A stretch of DNA of 53,635 bases from IMG/VR virus record IMGVR_UViG_3300027917_000057, positions 1-53,635 of that record; one strand, given 5' to 3'. Source of the stretch: a virus. Its lineage: Duplodnaviria > Caudoviricetes. This document shows positions 19,603 through 28,122 of this stretch, one piece after another. Below the pieces are notes generated by a model, which had not been told where the DNA came from, made no database searches, and was given only the letters and a program-made list of their open reading frames with translations. Position 1 is the stretch's first letter; each line of letters starts with the position of its first letter. Made by a program: the position numbers and the translations under genes.

Positions 19603-20559
19603 GTGGGAACGCTGTCGCAGAAGAGTGTCGTGCTGGATGGCTCGAACGAGTACATCGTTGTCGGCAACGTCGCGGCGCTTCAGTTCGAGAGGACAAACGC
19701 TTTCAGTCTTAGCGCTTGGGTCCAGCTCACCAGCACTGGTACGAGAATGGTTTGCGCCAAGGGAAGCGGCAGCAGCGGGTACTCGCTCTACGTCACCAAC
19801 GGCCAGGTCTTTTTTGACCTAGTGAACGCCTTTCCCGCCAACACAATCGAAGTGAGGACAGGCAATGTGCTGCTCCCTACAGGGGCTTGGACACATCTTG
19901 TTGCCACCTACGACGGTAGTTCTACGGCAGCCGGAGTCGCCATCTACTTCAACGGCACCTCTATACCGCTGACGACGAACTACGACACTTTGAGCGCATC
20001 GATCTTGAACGCCAATGCCTTCGACATCGGGCGTCGTTCCGATGGTTACTACTGGGGAGGCGGTATCGACGCGGTGGCCGTCTACAACAAGCAGTTGTCC
20101 GGGGCAGAGGTCACGGCTATCCACAACGGGTACGACCCACCGGACCTGACGGTGACAGGTCCGACAGCGAACCTCGTCGGCTACTGGAAGATCGGAGACG
20201 GGGACACCTACCCCACCGCTACGGATTCAAGTGCTTCGGGTAACAACGGGACGTATACGAACACCGAGAGCACGGACATCGTGAACTATGGGGCGGGCGT
20301 TCAGACCATCGACGACCCGAATCTCCCGTACAACTTCGATTCGCTCGGACTGGCTGGGAACAGCTACGACATCATCCCAACCGGCCTAGATAGTGGTGGC
20401 GGTGCCGCTCCTACCTACTACAAGATGAGGGCCCTTGCTGATCCGGGCCCTGGGTACGTGACGTGGGTCGTCGCTAATACACCTGATTTTGCCGGAACCT
20501 ACGCTCCCAGTGCAATTCAGGCTGGGACAGTAATTGTAGGAGCGTCATGGGTAGGTTGA
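19603..20559 (+). CDS. LamG/concanavalin A-like lectin domain protein (cassette copy 1, gene B)
   Basis: FSLSAWV, WTHLVATYDG, IYFNG, IDAVAVYNKQLSGAEV and LVGYWKIGDG motifs. Confidence 0.8.
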   Translation: MGTLSQKSVVLDGSNEYIVVGNVAALQFERTNAFSLSAWVQLTSTGTRMVCAKGSGSSGYSLYVTNGQVFFDLVNAFPANTIEVRTGNVLLPTGAWTHLVATYDGSSTAAGVAIYFNGTSIPLTTNYDTLSASILNANAFDIGRRSDGYYWGGGIDAVAVYNKQLSGAEVTAIHNGYDPPDLTVTGPTANLVGYWKIGDGDTYPTATDSSASGNNGTYTNTESTDIVNYGAGVQTIDDPNLPYNFDSLGLAGNSYDIIPTGLDSGGGAAPTYYKMRALADPGPGYVTWVVANTPDFAGTYAPSAIQAGTVIVGASWVG

Positions 20560-20620
20560 TCCTACTGCTCGTCGGAAGACGCATGCTCAGTGTTCGTAGG
20601 GATACTCAAAGGTAGGGACG

Positions 20621-21547
20621 ATGGCAACGGTTACCAACGGAACGGGCGATGTAGTTTCTGCCACTCAAGCCGCAGCCTATTGGATGTGGATCGTCAAGGA
20701 GTTCTTGAAGGCGAACACCAGTTGGACCGTGCCTGGCAGCGGCAAGACCGGGAGTGGCGGCATGGGCTCCGATGTCGTCGGCGCAGTTGGGGAGTTCGAT
20801 GTTAGCGGCGCGTGGATGGTGCTGCAAAGCCCCGATGCCTCGATGCAGATCCTGTTCGCGCGGGGTGCCGCTACCTACAACATCTCGGCTTATCTGAATC
20901 CGGCCGCCGACTACTCGGGCGGCGGCGCTGCTGGCGTGCTCCCAACCTCGGCCGCGTACCCGACGAACGGTCATAACATCTGGACCACGAGTCAGTTTCT
21001 CCAGTCAAACACCGTTCAACGCCTACACATCACGGCAGAGACGGGCACCGGAGTGCCGGGATGGGCGGTCTACACGCACTACTCTGGAGACTTCACAAGC
21101 GGGACGACCCTGGCAGCAATCATCCCAATGGTGAACCCCGACCCAAACGACGTCGATCCGTGGGTGATGTTCTGGGGCGGTGGGAACCTAGACACCGCCA
21201 CCTATTGGTCGAGCGAATCGGCCGTTCTGAACAACTCGCACTGTTGGGCGGTTCAACCCAACGCTTCGACCGTCACCGGATGCTCCGCACTTTACCAGTG
21301 CGCAGTCACGCTCGCAGTATGGCCGAGCGCCGCAGGCGTGAACACGGACTCCGACGAGATGCTGATCCCGATCACGTTCGCGCGTCGGGCAGCGCTCGCG
21401 AATGGGCACTACAAGGGAGTGTCCAACTACGTTCGCTGGCCGAGCGCCACACACGCCCCGTGCTCTACGCTGAACGGTCTGACCAGGATTCTGTTCAAGG
21501 ACACCACCTTCCCCTGGGATGGCGTTAGCGTGCCTTCGGTGTCCTGA
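20621..21547 (+). CDS. Virion appendage protein (cassette copy 2, gene A)
   Basis: 308 aa; ends ...FPWDG...; same layout as the 18428 gene. Confidence 0.5.
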   Translation: MATVTNGTGDVVSATQAAAYWMWIVKEFLKANTSWTVPGSGKTGSGGMGSDVVGAVGEFDVSGAWMVLQSPDASMQILFARGAATYNISAYLNPAADYSGGGAAGVLPTSAAYPTNGHNIWTTSQFLQSNTVQRLHITAETGTGVPGWAVYTHYSGDFTSGTTLAAIIPMVNPDPNDVDPWVMFWGGGNLDTATYWSSESAVLNNSHCWAVQPNASTVTGCSALYQCAVTLAVWPSAAGVNTDSDEMLIPITFARRAALANGHYKGVSNYVRWPSATHAPCSTLNGLTRILFKDTTFPWDGVSVPSVS

Positions 21548-21822
21548 TGGCCGACTTCCCCGCAACCGATCTGGCTGTCCCGGCTACGCCATCGCTCGGC
21601 GTTCTCGATAGTCTATTGGCGATAGAGTTGGAAGGAGGAGGAGGAGGGGGAGGCCCAACTACCTACTTCAAGATGCGCGCCGAGGACTCGGGCGCTGGAT
21701 ACGTGACTTGGTTGGCCACCACACCTGACTACGCTGGAGTTGGCTACCCGAGTGGGACCCCAACCCCTGTAGGGGCTATGGTGCCGGGTAGCGCGGTAGT
21801 AGCGGGAAGGATAGTAGGGTGA
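21547..21822 (+). CDS. Small protein homologous to the C-terminus of the LamG protein (cassette copy 2, gene B)
   Basis: GGGGPTTYFKMRA...GYVTW..TPDYAG versus GGGAAPTYYKMRA...GYVTW...TPDFAG. Confidence 0.65.
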   Translation: MADFPATDLAVPATPSLGVLDSLLAIELEGGGGGGGPTTYFKMRAEDSGAGYVTWLATTPDYAGVGYPSGTPTPVGAMVPGSAVVAGRIVG

Positions 21823-21825
21823 CTC

Positions 21826-22344
21826 ATGGGCTTCGCGGTGTATGGCCCGGATGAAACGAAAGTACCTTTGTTCCTGACCATCACCAGAGAGGGGCTAGGC
21901 GGAGTTGCCGGCAAGGCTCCAGTAGTAGCGCTGAGGAATAACCTCAACGATTACTTCTTGGACTTCGCGGACAACACTTTCAAGGCCGCTGGTTGGACCA
22001 CGAAGGAGCAGACACTTACCGATCTCGGTGGGGGTCACTACCGCTACGATCTAAATCTGGCCGTTATTGGCGCGGCCAATGAAGATATCTACGTTGCGGA
22101 GTTCCGAGTCGATGACGGGGGTGCTGTGATGGGGGCAGCGCAAGACTTCATCCTGATAGAAGACCTTCCCATTATGAGGCGGATCATCACCAATCGTCTG
22201 GAGGACTTCCCAGGAAATCCTGGTACCCTGATCCTATACGATGATGATGGTGTCACACCCTTGAAATCCTGGGAGCTCAGGGACGCCACCGGAGGCGCCG
22301 TGTCTGCCGCAGCTGGGGCTCCAGCTAAGAGGAAACCGGTATGA
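21826..22344 (+). CDS. Virion-associated hypothetical protein
   Basis: 172 aa; LILYDDDGVTPL motif; end of the structural operon. Confidence 0.55.
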   Translation: MGFAVYGPDETKVPLFLTITREGLGGVAGKAPVVALRNNLNDYFLDFADNTFKAAGWTTKEQTLTDLGGGHYRYDLNLAVIGAANEDIYVAEFRVDDGGAVMGAAQDFILIEDLPIMRRIITNRLEDFPGNPGTLILYDDDGVTPLKSWELRDATGGAVSAAAGAPAKRKPV

Positions 22345-22568
22345 GCGACCGCACTGGATTCGTTGCTCGTGGCTTCCACAAGCTGGGCCCGCTGACGGTT
22401 ACCCACGGCTTAGGTAACCCTGGCTCTCCACCCTTCTTCTTTCTTCCTGGGCCCACTGTGCCGGAGGAGCAGACGGTAGACGGAACGCAGGGGCCACGTA
22501 CAGTTGTGGAGAACAAGACAGCCCCCAAAGCCGACCTGTACCTTCCTAAGGCTAGAAAGAAATGCTGA
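22341..22568 (+). CDS. Small hypothetical protein
   Basis: 75 aa, ATGA-coupled; last gene before the strand switch. Confidence 0.45.
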   Translation: MSDRTGFVARGFHKLGPLTVTHGLGNPGSPPFFFLPGPTVPEEQTVDGTQGPRTVVENKTAPKADLYLPKARKKC

Positions 22569-22576
22569 GAGGAGGC

Positions 22577-22596
22577 GAGGGCCCCTAAGGGCCCTC
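22577..22596. terminator. Hairpin at the convergence of the + and - operons
   Basis: GAGGGCCC-CTAA-GGGCCCTC; no U-tract. Confidence 0.4.
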
Positions 22597-22700
22597 CCAT
22601 GCTGCGCGTACTAGGTCGTCCTCAGATCGGAAGCCTAGCTGACGTGCTACGTCGATCTTCTGTAAGGGCAATAGAGCGTTGAGCTGCGCGAGGTCTATCT

Positions 22701-22767
22701 CGAGGACGTCTTCGGCCCGGGGCAGAACGCACCCGGGCCAGACGTCGGCCTCGCTTAGCCTTTTCCC
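22701..22767 (-). other. Putative -1 programmed ribosomal frameshift signal
   Basis: On the minus strand: in-frame G GGA AAA heptamer (22767-22761), 7-nt spacer, then a long hairpin (22753-22701). The -1 frame stays open to TAG at 22585. Confidence 0.75.
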
Positions 22768-23621
22768 TGCTGCTCGAGCCCTTGTAGTAGGAGGCTGACG
22801 CCGCCTCCATTGAGCGATGCTCCCCACCGAGGCAGGAAGTTCTCTCTGGGCTGCTGGGCCATGGCTTCGTAGAGGTCCACCACGATGGTCAGCAGTACCG
22901 CCAGCATCTGACTGTTCCCCACGGTGGCCGCATGGATAGCCCTCATCATCTCGATGGAGGCAAGGTCACCCTCTGCTACCTTGGAGAGCGTGTTGATGAT
23001 CTCTTCATTGTTCTCTGCCAGCCTCTTGAGGATGGCGGCGCTGGGGCCTGGGTCGACCGATGGCTTCCTCCCTGTCGTCTTTGTGGGAGGCTCCGGGTCT
23101 CTCTCGTCAGGGGGCTGAGGAGCCTGCTGTGGGGCAGGCCGGGCCATCCCCGGCATGTTCATGGGGCCGGGCATTCTGCCTACAGGAGCGACGGTTCCCG
23201 GCAGGGCCATCTGTTGGCCCGGAGGGGCCATCGGTGGGCGAGCAGGGCCCGGTAGCGTCATGGGGCCGCCTGGAGGTGCCTGCGTCATCGTGGGAACCAT
23301 CTGCGGAGGATACTGGGGGGCTTGGGATGGCTGCATCTGAGGGGGTGTAGGGTACTGCACCTGAGTGGCCATCTGGGGAGGCATCTGCCCTTGCATAGGG
23401 GCAGGGCGCGGCGCGCTCCCATTGCTGGGTGAGTAGGCAGCCTTGCTGGCTTCGAAAAGTGCCTGAGCCTGGGCCTCGGGGCTGGCTACGCCGTAGGCCT
23501 GCTTGTCCTCGATGCTCGGGAGGGCCTTTAGGCGGTTCATGGCTCCGAAGCGCTGCGAGGGCGTCATAGCCATGCAAGTTTCGAGAGTAAGGGGGCCTTC
23601 TTGCTGGATGTTGAGTTTCAT
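22755..23621 (-). CDS. Pro/Gln/Met-rich protein; probable frameshift-extended isoform to 22585
   Basis: 288 aa with a central low-complexity region; ends QQGKG* over the slippery site. Confidence 0.7.
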   Translation of the reverse strand: MKLNIQQEGPLTLETCMAMTPSQRFGAMNRLKALPSIEDKQAYGVASPEAQAQALFEASKAAYSPSNGSAPRPAPMQGQMPPQMATQVQYPTPPQMQPSQAPQYPPQMVPTMTQAPPGGPMTLPGPARPPMAPPGQQMALPGTVAPVGRMPGPMNMPGMARPAPQQAPQPPDERDPEPPTKTTGRKPSVDPGPSAAILKRLAENNEEIINTLSKVAEGDLASIEMMRAIHAATVGNSQMLAVLLTIVVDLYEAMAQQPRENFLPRWGASLNGGGVSLLLQGLEQQGKG

Positions 23622-23996
23622 TCACTTCCTCAGGTTGTTGATGAGGTGCTCGTACTGATGGCCCTGTACCAGACAGGTCACCACCTGCATGTCGGAGCAC
23701 CCGAAGCATGGTCGCGGATCCGGATTGGGAACGTCTTTCAGGTTCTTGGCCGGACAGGTCAGCTGTGGTCGCAGGCTCATCCAGTAAGCGTCGATGAAAC
23801 TGATGAGTCCGTTCCTCCAGGAGTCGATCGAGCCGGCGGTTTCTGGTAGCTCGAGCTCACCAGAAATCCAACCGATATACTCTTCCGCACTTCTACCTGG
23901 AGGAACCTGCAAGCCGTTTCGTCGGCAAGTTTGGTAGAGCTCGGTGAGGTTAACCCCGGCTAGGAGCTGGTGAAAATCGACACTCGAATTGTACAT
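23622..23996 (-). CDS. Small Cys-rich hypothetical protein
   Basis: 124 aa; N-terminal NLTELYQTCRRNGL helix pair; C-terminal CPAK...CFGC...C. Confidence 0.6.
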   Translation of the reverse strand: MYNSSVDFHQLLAGVNLTELYQTCRRNGLQVPPGRSAEEYIGWISGELELPETAGSIDSWRNGLISFIDAYWMSLRPQLTCPAKNLKDVPNPDPRPCFGCSDMQVVTCLVQGHQYEHLINNLRK

Positions 23997-24465
23997 GTCG
24001 CTCTACCTCGTCAAAGGGGCAGTCGTCCTGCTCCCAGCTCCACGCCCAGATCTCAGTTCGCTCCTCTTCTTCCGTCCTAGCAGATTCTTTCCACAGAAGG
24101 ATGCGGAAGTGCTGAGAATCATCGTGCCCGCACGCAGCGGTGAGCGCGTCTTCTAGGAGCTTCAGTCTGTTGCTCACATCAACTTTCTTATACCGGTTTG
24201 CGGCTCCTCCTGGCGTTCCCCACGTTTTGGACAGCAGGTCGGCCATGTAGAACCGGACCACAAGACAGTATGGGAGGTCTGGCTTGAAGAACCTAAGAAC
24301 GTCCTGCCTGCTCTGGGCCAGGTAAGTCTTCACGCCGGTCTTGTATCTCTTACCCTCCGCAGTGAGAACCCGTAAGGGGATGCTCTTGTTGCCCTTCCTC
24401 TGGACCTTGGTGAAATATGCGTGGTTGGAAGAGGGTGGGAGCCCATCTAGGACGAAGTAGATCAT
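23950..24465 (-). CDS. rusA: RusA-family Holliday junction resolvase
   Basis: PPSSNHAY and DVSNRLKLLEDAL...DDSQ catalytic signature. Confidence 0.85.
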   Translation of the reverse strand: MIYFVLDGLPPSSNHAYFTKVQRKGNKSIPLRVLTAEGKRYKTGVKTYLAQSRQDVLRFFKPDLPYCLVVRFYMADLLSKTWGTPGGAANRYKKVDVSNRLKLLEDALTAACGHDDSQHFRILLWKESARTEEEERTEIWAWSWEQDDCPFDEVERHVQFECRFSPAPSRG

Positions 24466-25046
24466 CGCATCTGCCCCATTGGGCGACGCCCAGCCATCTT
24501 TCCACCGAGGTCGATGTTCTGACCGCGTATAGTTACCTGACGGCTCAGACCAGAAGCAAGGCGCTCCAGGCTGTCGATTCGGGCTTTTAGCACTGCTTCG
24601 GTATTCTTGAGCTCAGCTAGGTCTCTGCGGATCTGACGGCACCGAGGGTACGACTGCGCCTCTTCCTTGATCTCTGTTTCTGACGGCTGGTTCTTCTTCG
24701 GGACGTTTTCGTGCTGCTTGCGATACTGGCGTTTGATCTCTCGTTCTAGGTCTCTCAGCTCTTCTTCTAGCCCTATGATGTGCCCTTCGCACCACGCGTG
24801 CCGGTCCTTGGCATACACGAACCAGAGGTCTACGAGAGCCATGAGTCTGGTGTACTGGTCGCCCTCGATGTTCTCGTAGTCTCGGATGGAGATGTGAGGG
24901 AAGTCACCCTCGGGTTTGGGGAGTTCGTCGAATCCCATCATGACTAGCTTTTGGTAACTGCTGTCGTAGACATCCCAGAAGTCCTCTATGGTTTGCTGCT
25001 GTCGGTCTGGGATGCCCAAGCCTTGAACAGTCAAGCCTTGCGTCAT
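24462..25046 (-). CDS. Coiled-coil protein in the recombination cluster (possible recombination mediator)
   Basis: 194 aa, long helical heptads; function inferred from position only. Confidence 0.45.
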   Translation of the reverse strand: MTQGLTVQGLGIPDRQQQTIEDFWDVYDSSYQKLVMMGFDELPKPEGDFPHISIRDYENIEGDQYTRLMALVDLWFVYAKDRHAWCEGHIIGLEEELRDLEREIKRQYRKQHENVPKKNQPSETEIKEEAQSYPRCRQIRRDLAELKNTEAVLKARIDSLERLASGLSRQVTIRGQNIDLGGKMAGRRPMGQMR

Positions 25047-25900
25047 CTAAACTCTCCAGGAGGAGGTGGTCCTCTCCTCTTTCGGGTTAGGCCTGCCAGC
25101 GTTGTTGGCATGCAGGTCCATGAGTAGGGGCACCAACCGCAGGGCATGCCCTCTGAGCGATCTGGCAGTGTTCCGGTAGCTGCTAGAGAGTGCGCCTGTT
25201 GCATCTTGTTCTCTAGGCGGTTCCAGAGCTTGTGGTCAAAGGCTACTAGGTAGGGCGCCTTGGGGCTGGTCCAGTTCGAGTTCGACTTGTTGTAGTAGAA
25301 GAACCACATCAAAGGGAGGTCCAAGACCTTCATGTAGACGTGGGCTTGTTCTAGGTGGTAGTCGAGTGGTTTGCGGAGTTTGGCGAACTCCTTGTCGCTC
25401 ATCGACTTGATCTCGAGGCCTACTCGGAGGTACGGGGTGTGGTTCGAGAAGAACAGAAACTCCCCGTCGCTGTGCGAGTAGATCTCGTACTTCTTGGTTA
25501 GCTCATTCAGCTCGGGAGTGATCTCGACCTCAGACTGAAATTCGACGGTTCCATCGGACATCCAGCACATTCGGTCGAAGTCGTCCTGAGCCAGAGAGTG
25601 CAGCAGCGTCCCCTGCTGGAAACGCCGCCGCATGTTGGTGTTGACCCGCTCTGGGTCGTTCTTCTTCTCAGTGGCCGCGATGGAGTAGACAACTCTCCGC
25701 AGGCAGCCAGAGATCTCCGAGGCGTGAACACCGTTTGCCCTGTCTTCGTCACCTCCCATGGGGACGTGTATGACGCGCCGGGCAGTATCTCTCTTCTTGT
25801 ACTCCTCGTAGAGGTCTCCGAGCCACGCGACGTTCGGCAGAAGGCTCTGCCATCCGTCCCTTCCCAGGTCATCGATCGTCAGCAGTTGCGGTGGGTTCAA
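25043..25900 (-). CDS. Cas4-like PD-(D/E)XK exonuclease
   Basis: SEISGCLRR, HSDG, LEIKS, QAHVYM and C-terminal CGWCPYSWTC (1+3 Cys Fe-S pattern). Confidence 0.85.
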   Translation of the reverse strand: MNPPQLLTIDDLGRDGWQSLLPNVAWLGDLYEEYKKRDTARRVIHVPMGGDEDRANGVHASEISGCLRRVVYSIAATEKKNDPERVNTNMRRRFQQGTLLHSLAQDDFDRMCWMSDGTVEFQSEVEITPELNELTKKYEIYSHSDGEFLFFSNHTPYLRVGLEIKSMSDKEFAKLRKPLDYHLEQAHVYMKVLDLPLMWFFYYNKSNSNWTSPKAPYLVAFDHKLWNRLENKMQQAHSLAATGTLPDRSEGMPCGWCPYSWTCMPTTLAGLTRKRRGPPPPGEFR

Positions 25901-26387
25901 GTCGGCTCTCCCATTCTTGTAAGGGGACTAGGACCCACTGTTCCTGGGTCACTAAGGTGGTGGGGGCTTTGAAGTCGATCTGAAAGACTGGGATCTGCCC
26001 CCGTTCGCACTCTGACCGAAGCTTGTGCAGCTCCGCCCTCGTGACCCTTATGCCCTTCCCGGCAGTGAACTTGTTCTCGATCCTGTACTTCTCGCGAATC
26101 GAGGCATCACTCTTCCGTCCGGGGACGCTGCCAGATCCGATGTTACGGTGGCCTCCGTGGATTTGCGCAACGCGCTCCTCCTGCCGCATGGACGCACGCC
26201 GCCGTCTCTTGAGAGTAGCTCTATCTTCCGCTTCGGGCTTTGATAGAAGGAGCGTCTTTTCTTCCCCATCGCTCATGGGGATGTAGATTTCCCCAGTATA
26301 GCCATCCATTCGCCCCGCGAGATGTAAGAACCAGTTTCCATGCTCGTCGGTGACCAGCCTGGGCAGTACGCTCACCGATACAAACAT
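25869..26387 (-). CDS. PD-(D/E)XK endonuclease, Holliday junction resolvase-like
   Basis: QEERVA...GSGS...KSD...IENK pattern. Confidence 0.65.
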   Translation of the reverse strand: MFVSVSVLPRLVTDEHGNWFLHLAGRMDGYTGEIYIPMSDGEEKTLLLSKPEAEDRATLKRRRRASMRQEERVAQIHGGHRNIGSGSVPGRKSDASIREKYRIENKFTAGKGIRVTRAELHKLRSECERGQIPVFQIDFKAPTTLVTQEQWVLVPLQEWESRLEPTATADDR

Positions 26388-27676
26388 TGCTTCCCTGCTG
26401 ACGACAGGATCTCCCTACGGAAGACGAGCTCGAGGTCGAAGCTTTTGGCCAGGGCTTCCCTTAGCCCTGCTTCGTCTTGTGCGGAGGCTCCCTCGATGGG
26501 CTGTCGGGTGGTAGCGCTGAAGAGTTGGATCCCTTGAGGTACATGGACCAGGACTCCTCTCCGCAGCGCGCTAGCGATGAGCTCTCCGTGAAGGTCCACA
26601 CCTCCAAGATGATAGTAGTAGGGAAATTCGCCTGTAATGTTGTCGTGGGTGCCCGCTTTTCCCTTGAGGGTTTTGTACTTGATCCACTTACCCGCTATGT
26701 CGGACCCACCCTTTATCTTCTCCCCACTCCACATCACGAGGTCGATGAGCTTGTAGTGCTTGGAGCTCTCCCCGCCTTTTACCGTCCACTCCTGGATGTA
26801 CTTTTGTATGGCAGGGTTCATGTTCGCCCGTTCCTGGTTGGCAACTACCTGCTGAATGAAGAGGACCGTGGTCGCATTCTTCCCTCTGTTGACGAGCGGG
26901 GAATAGCGCATCCAGAACCTCTTCATCATGGTGGCGTGTGAACCTCGTCGCTCATCGTCGCTCAGGTCTTTGTCCAGGTCTGCCTCAGGTCGAAGAGAAG
27001 CGATAGAGTCCACTCCGATCACGGAGAAGATGTCCTGCTGCACGCAATCGAGCACGCCTCCCAGAGTTTCTTCTCCAGAGACCCCCGATATGGTCTCCAG
27101 TCGCCCGATACTTGTCTTGAAGTAGGCGAGTTCTTCCTGTGTGAACTGCGGGAGGCCCGAGATGTAGCGTGCCTCTGCCGCCTGATTCAGCAGGGCGTCT
27201 GGGACCTCTATACGAACGCCAGCTGAGATCGCCTGGTCGTAGGGGAAGGCCTGCTCGCCCACATGCAGGGCACCGTAGAAGTCCTTTCCGTAGATCTGTT
27301 GCTGCATGGCGATGGTTCGGAAGAGCAGCCAGCTCTTGCCGCTGTTGAAGGGGCCGCTAATCATAGAAGCACCACCAGCAGGGAACCCTCCACCCAACGC
27401 GATGTCTAGCTCGATGACGCCCGTTGGACGTCGCAGCATGTACTGATTCTCCCCCTCGCTAGCGGGGTACAGGCGCTCCTTCAAATGTGTGCGGAGCGCA
27501 CGGAGTCTAGAGGCCTTCTCCGTAGGGCTGAGCTCTCGCTGTTTCGTGAACGGATTTACCGGTTCCTCTGCGACGATAGTCTCGGCAGGAGCCGACGCTA
27601 CGGGTTGTGCCGACTCCTTCTTCGAGACCTTCTTCGCCGCCTTCTTCCCTACTTTTTTCTTTCTCCCTGTTGCCAT
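26372..27676 (-). CDS. recA: RecA/UvsX-like recombinase
   Basis: PTGVIELDIALGGGFPAG, Walker A GPFNSGKS, Walker B VDSIASL. Start moved to ATG 27676. Confidence 0.9.
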   Translation of the reverse strand: MATGRKKKVGKKAAKKVSKKESAQPVASAPAETIVAEEPVNPFTKQRELSPTEKASRLRALRTHLKERLYPASEGENQYMLRRPTGVIELDIALGGGFPAGGASMISGPFNSGKSWLLFRTIAMQQQIYGKDFYGALHVGEQAFPYDQAISAGVRIEVPDALLNQAAEARYISGLPQFTQEELAYFKTSIGRLETISGVSGEETLGGVLDCVQQDIFSVIGVDSIASLRPEADLDKDLSDDERRGSHATMMKRFWMRYSPLVNRGKNATTVLFIQQVVANQERANMNPAIQKYIQEWTVKGGESSKHYKLIDLVMWSGEKIKGGSDIAGKWIKYKTLKGKAGTHDNITGEFPYYYHLGGVDLHGELIASALRRGVLVHVPQGIQLFSATTRQPIEGASAQDEAGLREALAKSFDLELVFRREILSSAGKQCLYR

Positions 27677-27834
27677 GGATCTCCTGTTTCCTCGAACGGT
27701 TCTGTTCCATGCGTGGGGCACTTGAGCAGCTGCCCCAGCTTCACCAGAGGCCGCCCACATTCGGGGCATCCTTTGGCCGCCTTCTTCTCCAACTGTTCTT
27801 GATCTGCTCCCTCAACGACGCCGAGCTTTTCCAT
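27649..27834 (-). CDS. Small zinc-ribbon protein
   Basis: 61 aa; CPECG...CPTHG; fills the gap between the HU-like and RecA genes. Confidence 0.65.
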   Translation of the reverse strand: MEKLGVVEGADQEQLEKKAAKGCPECGRPLVKLGQLLKCPTHGTEPFEETGDPWQQGERKK

Positions 27835-28120
27835 GAGTAGCCTCCAACCGTCTCTTGAGAATCCGAGACTTGGTGAAGTATACCCGATAGTTCTGCTCGA
27901 CTTTCACCCCCTTTGGGCCCCCCTTCGGGCCACGTCCAAAGAGAGGGACTTCTCGGTCGACCTGCATACGGACCACACGAAGGCGTCCGATGCTCTCCAG
28001 GAAGATCTCCCTCCGCTTAGAGAGCTGCTCAGATGCGATGTCTAGAAAGGCAGCTGTGATCTCCCGAACGGTTCTTTCAGACCAGCCAGTCTTCAGAGAG
28101 ACCAGCCGGTCCAGCTCCAT
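27812..28120 (-). CDS. HU/IHF-like DNA-binding protein
   Basis: Helical N-terminus, IFLESIGRL, basic arm and VYFTKSRILK match the HU/IHF layout. Start placed at ATG 28120. Confidence 0.7.
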   Translation of the reverse strand: MELDRLVSLKTGWSERTVREITAAFLDIASEQLSKRREIFLESIGRLRVVRMQVDREVPLFGRGPKGGPKGVKVEQNYRVYFTKSRILKRRLEATHGKARRR

Positions 28121-28122
28121 CT

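Noticed and set aside
22585-22827. Independent 80-aa gene
   Set aside because: Its start lies inside the upstream gene without a clear RBS; better explained as a frameshift extension.
25043-25900. CRISPR-Cas locus suggested by the Cas4-like gene
   Set aside because: No repeat-spacer array or other cas genes seen; the context is recombination.
27677-27769. N-terminal extension of RecA in the ORF track
   Set aside because: Overlaps the zinc-ribbon gene; ATG 27676 is more plausible.
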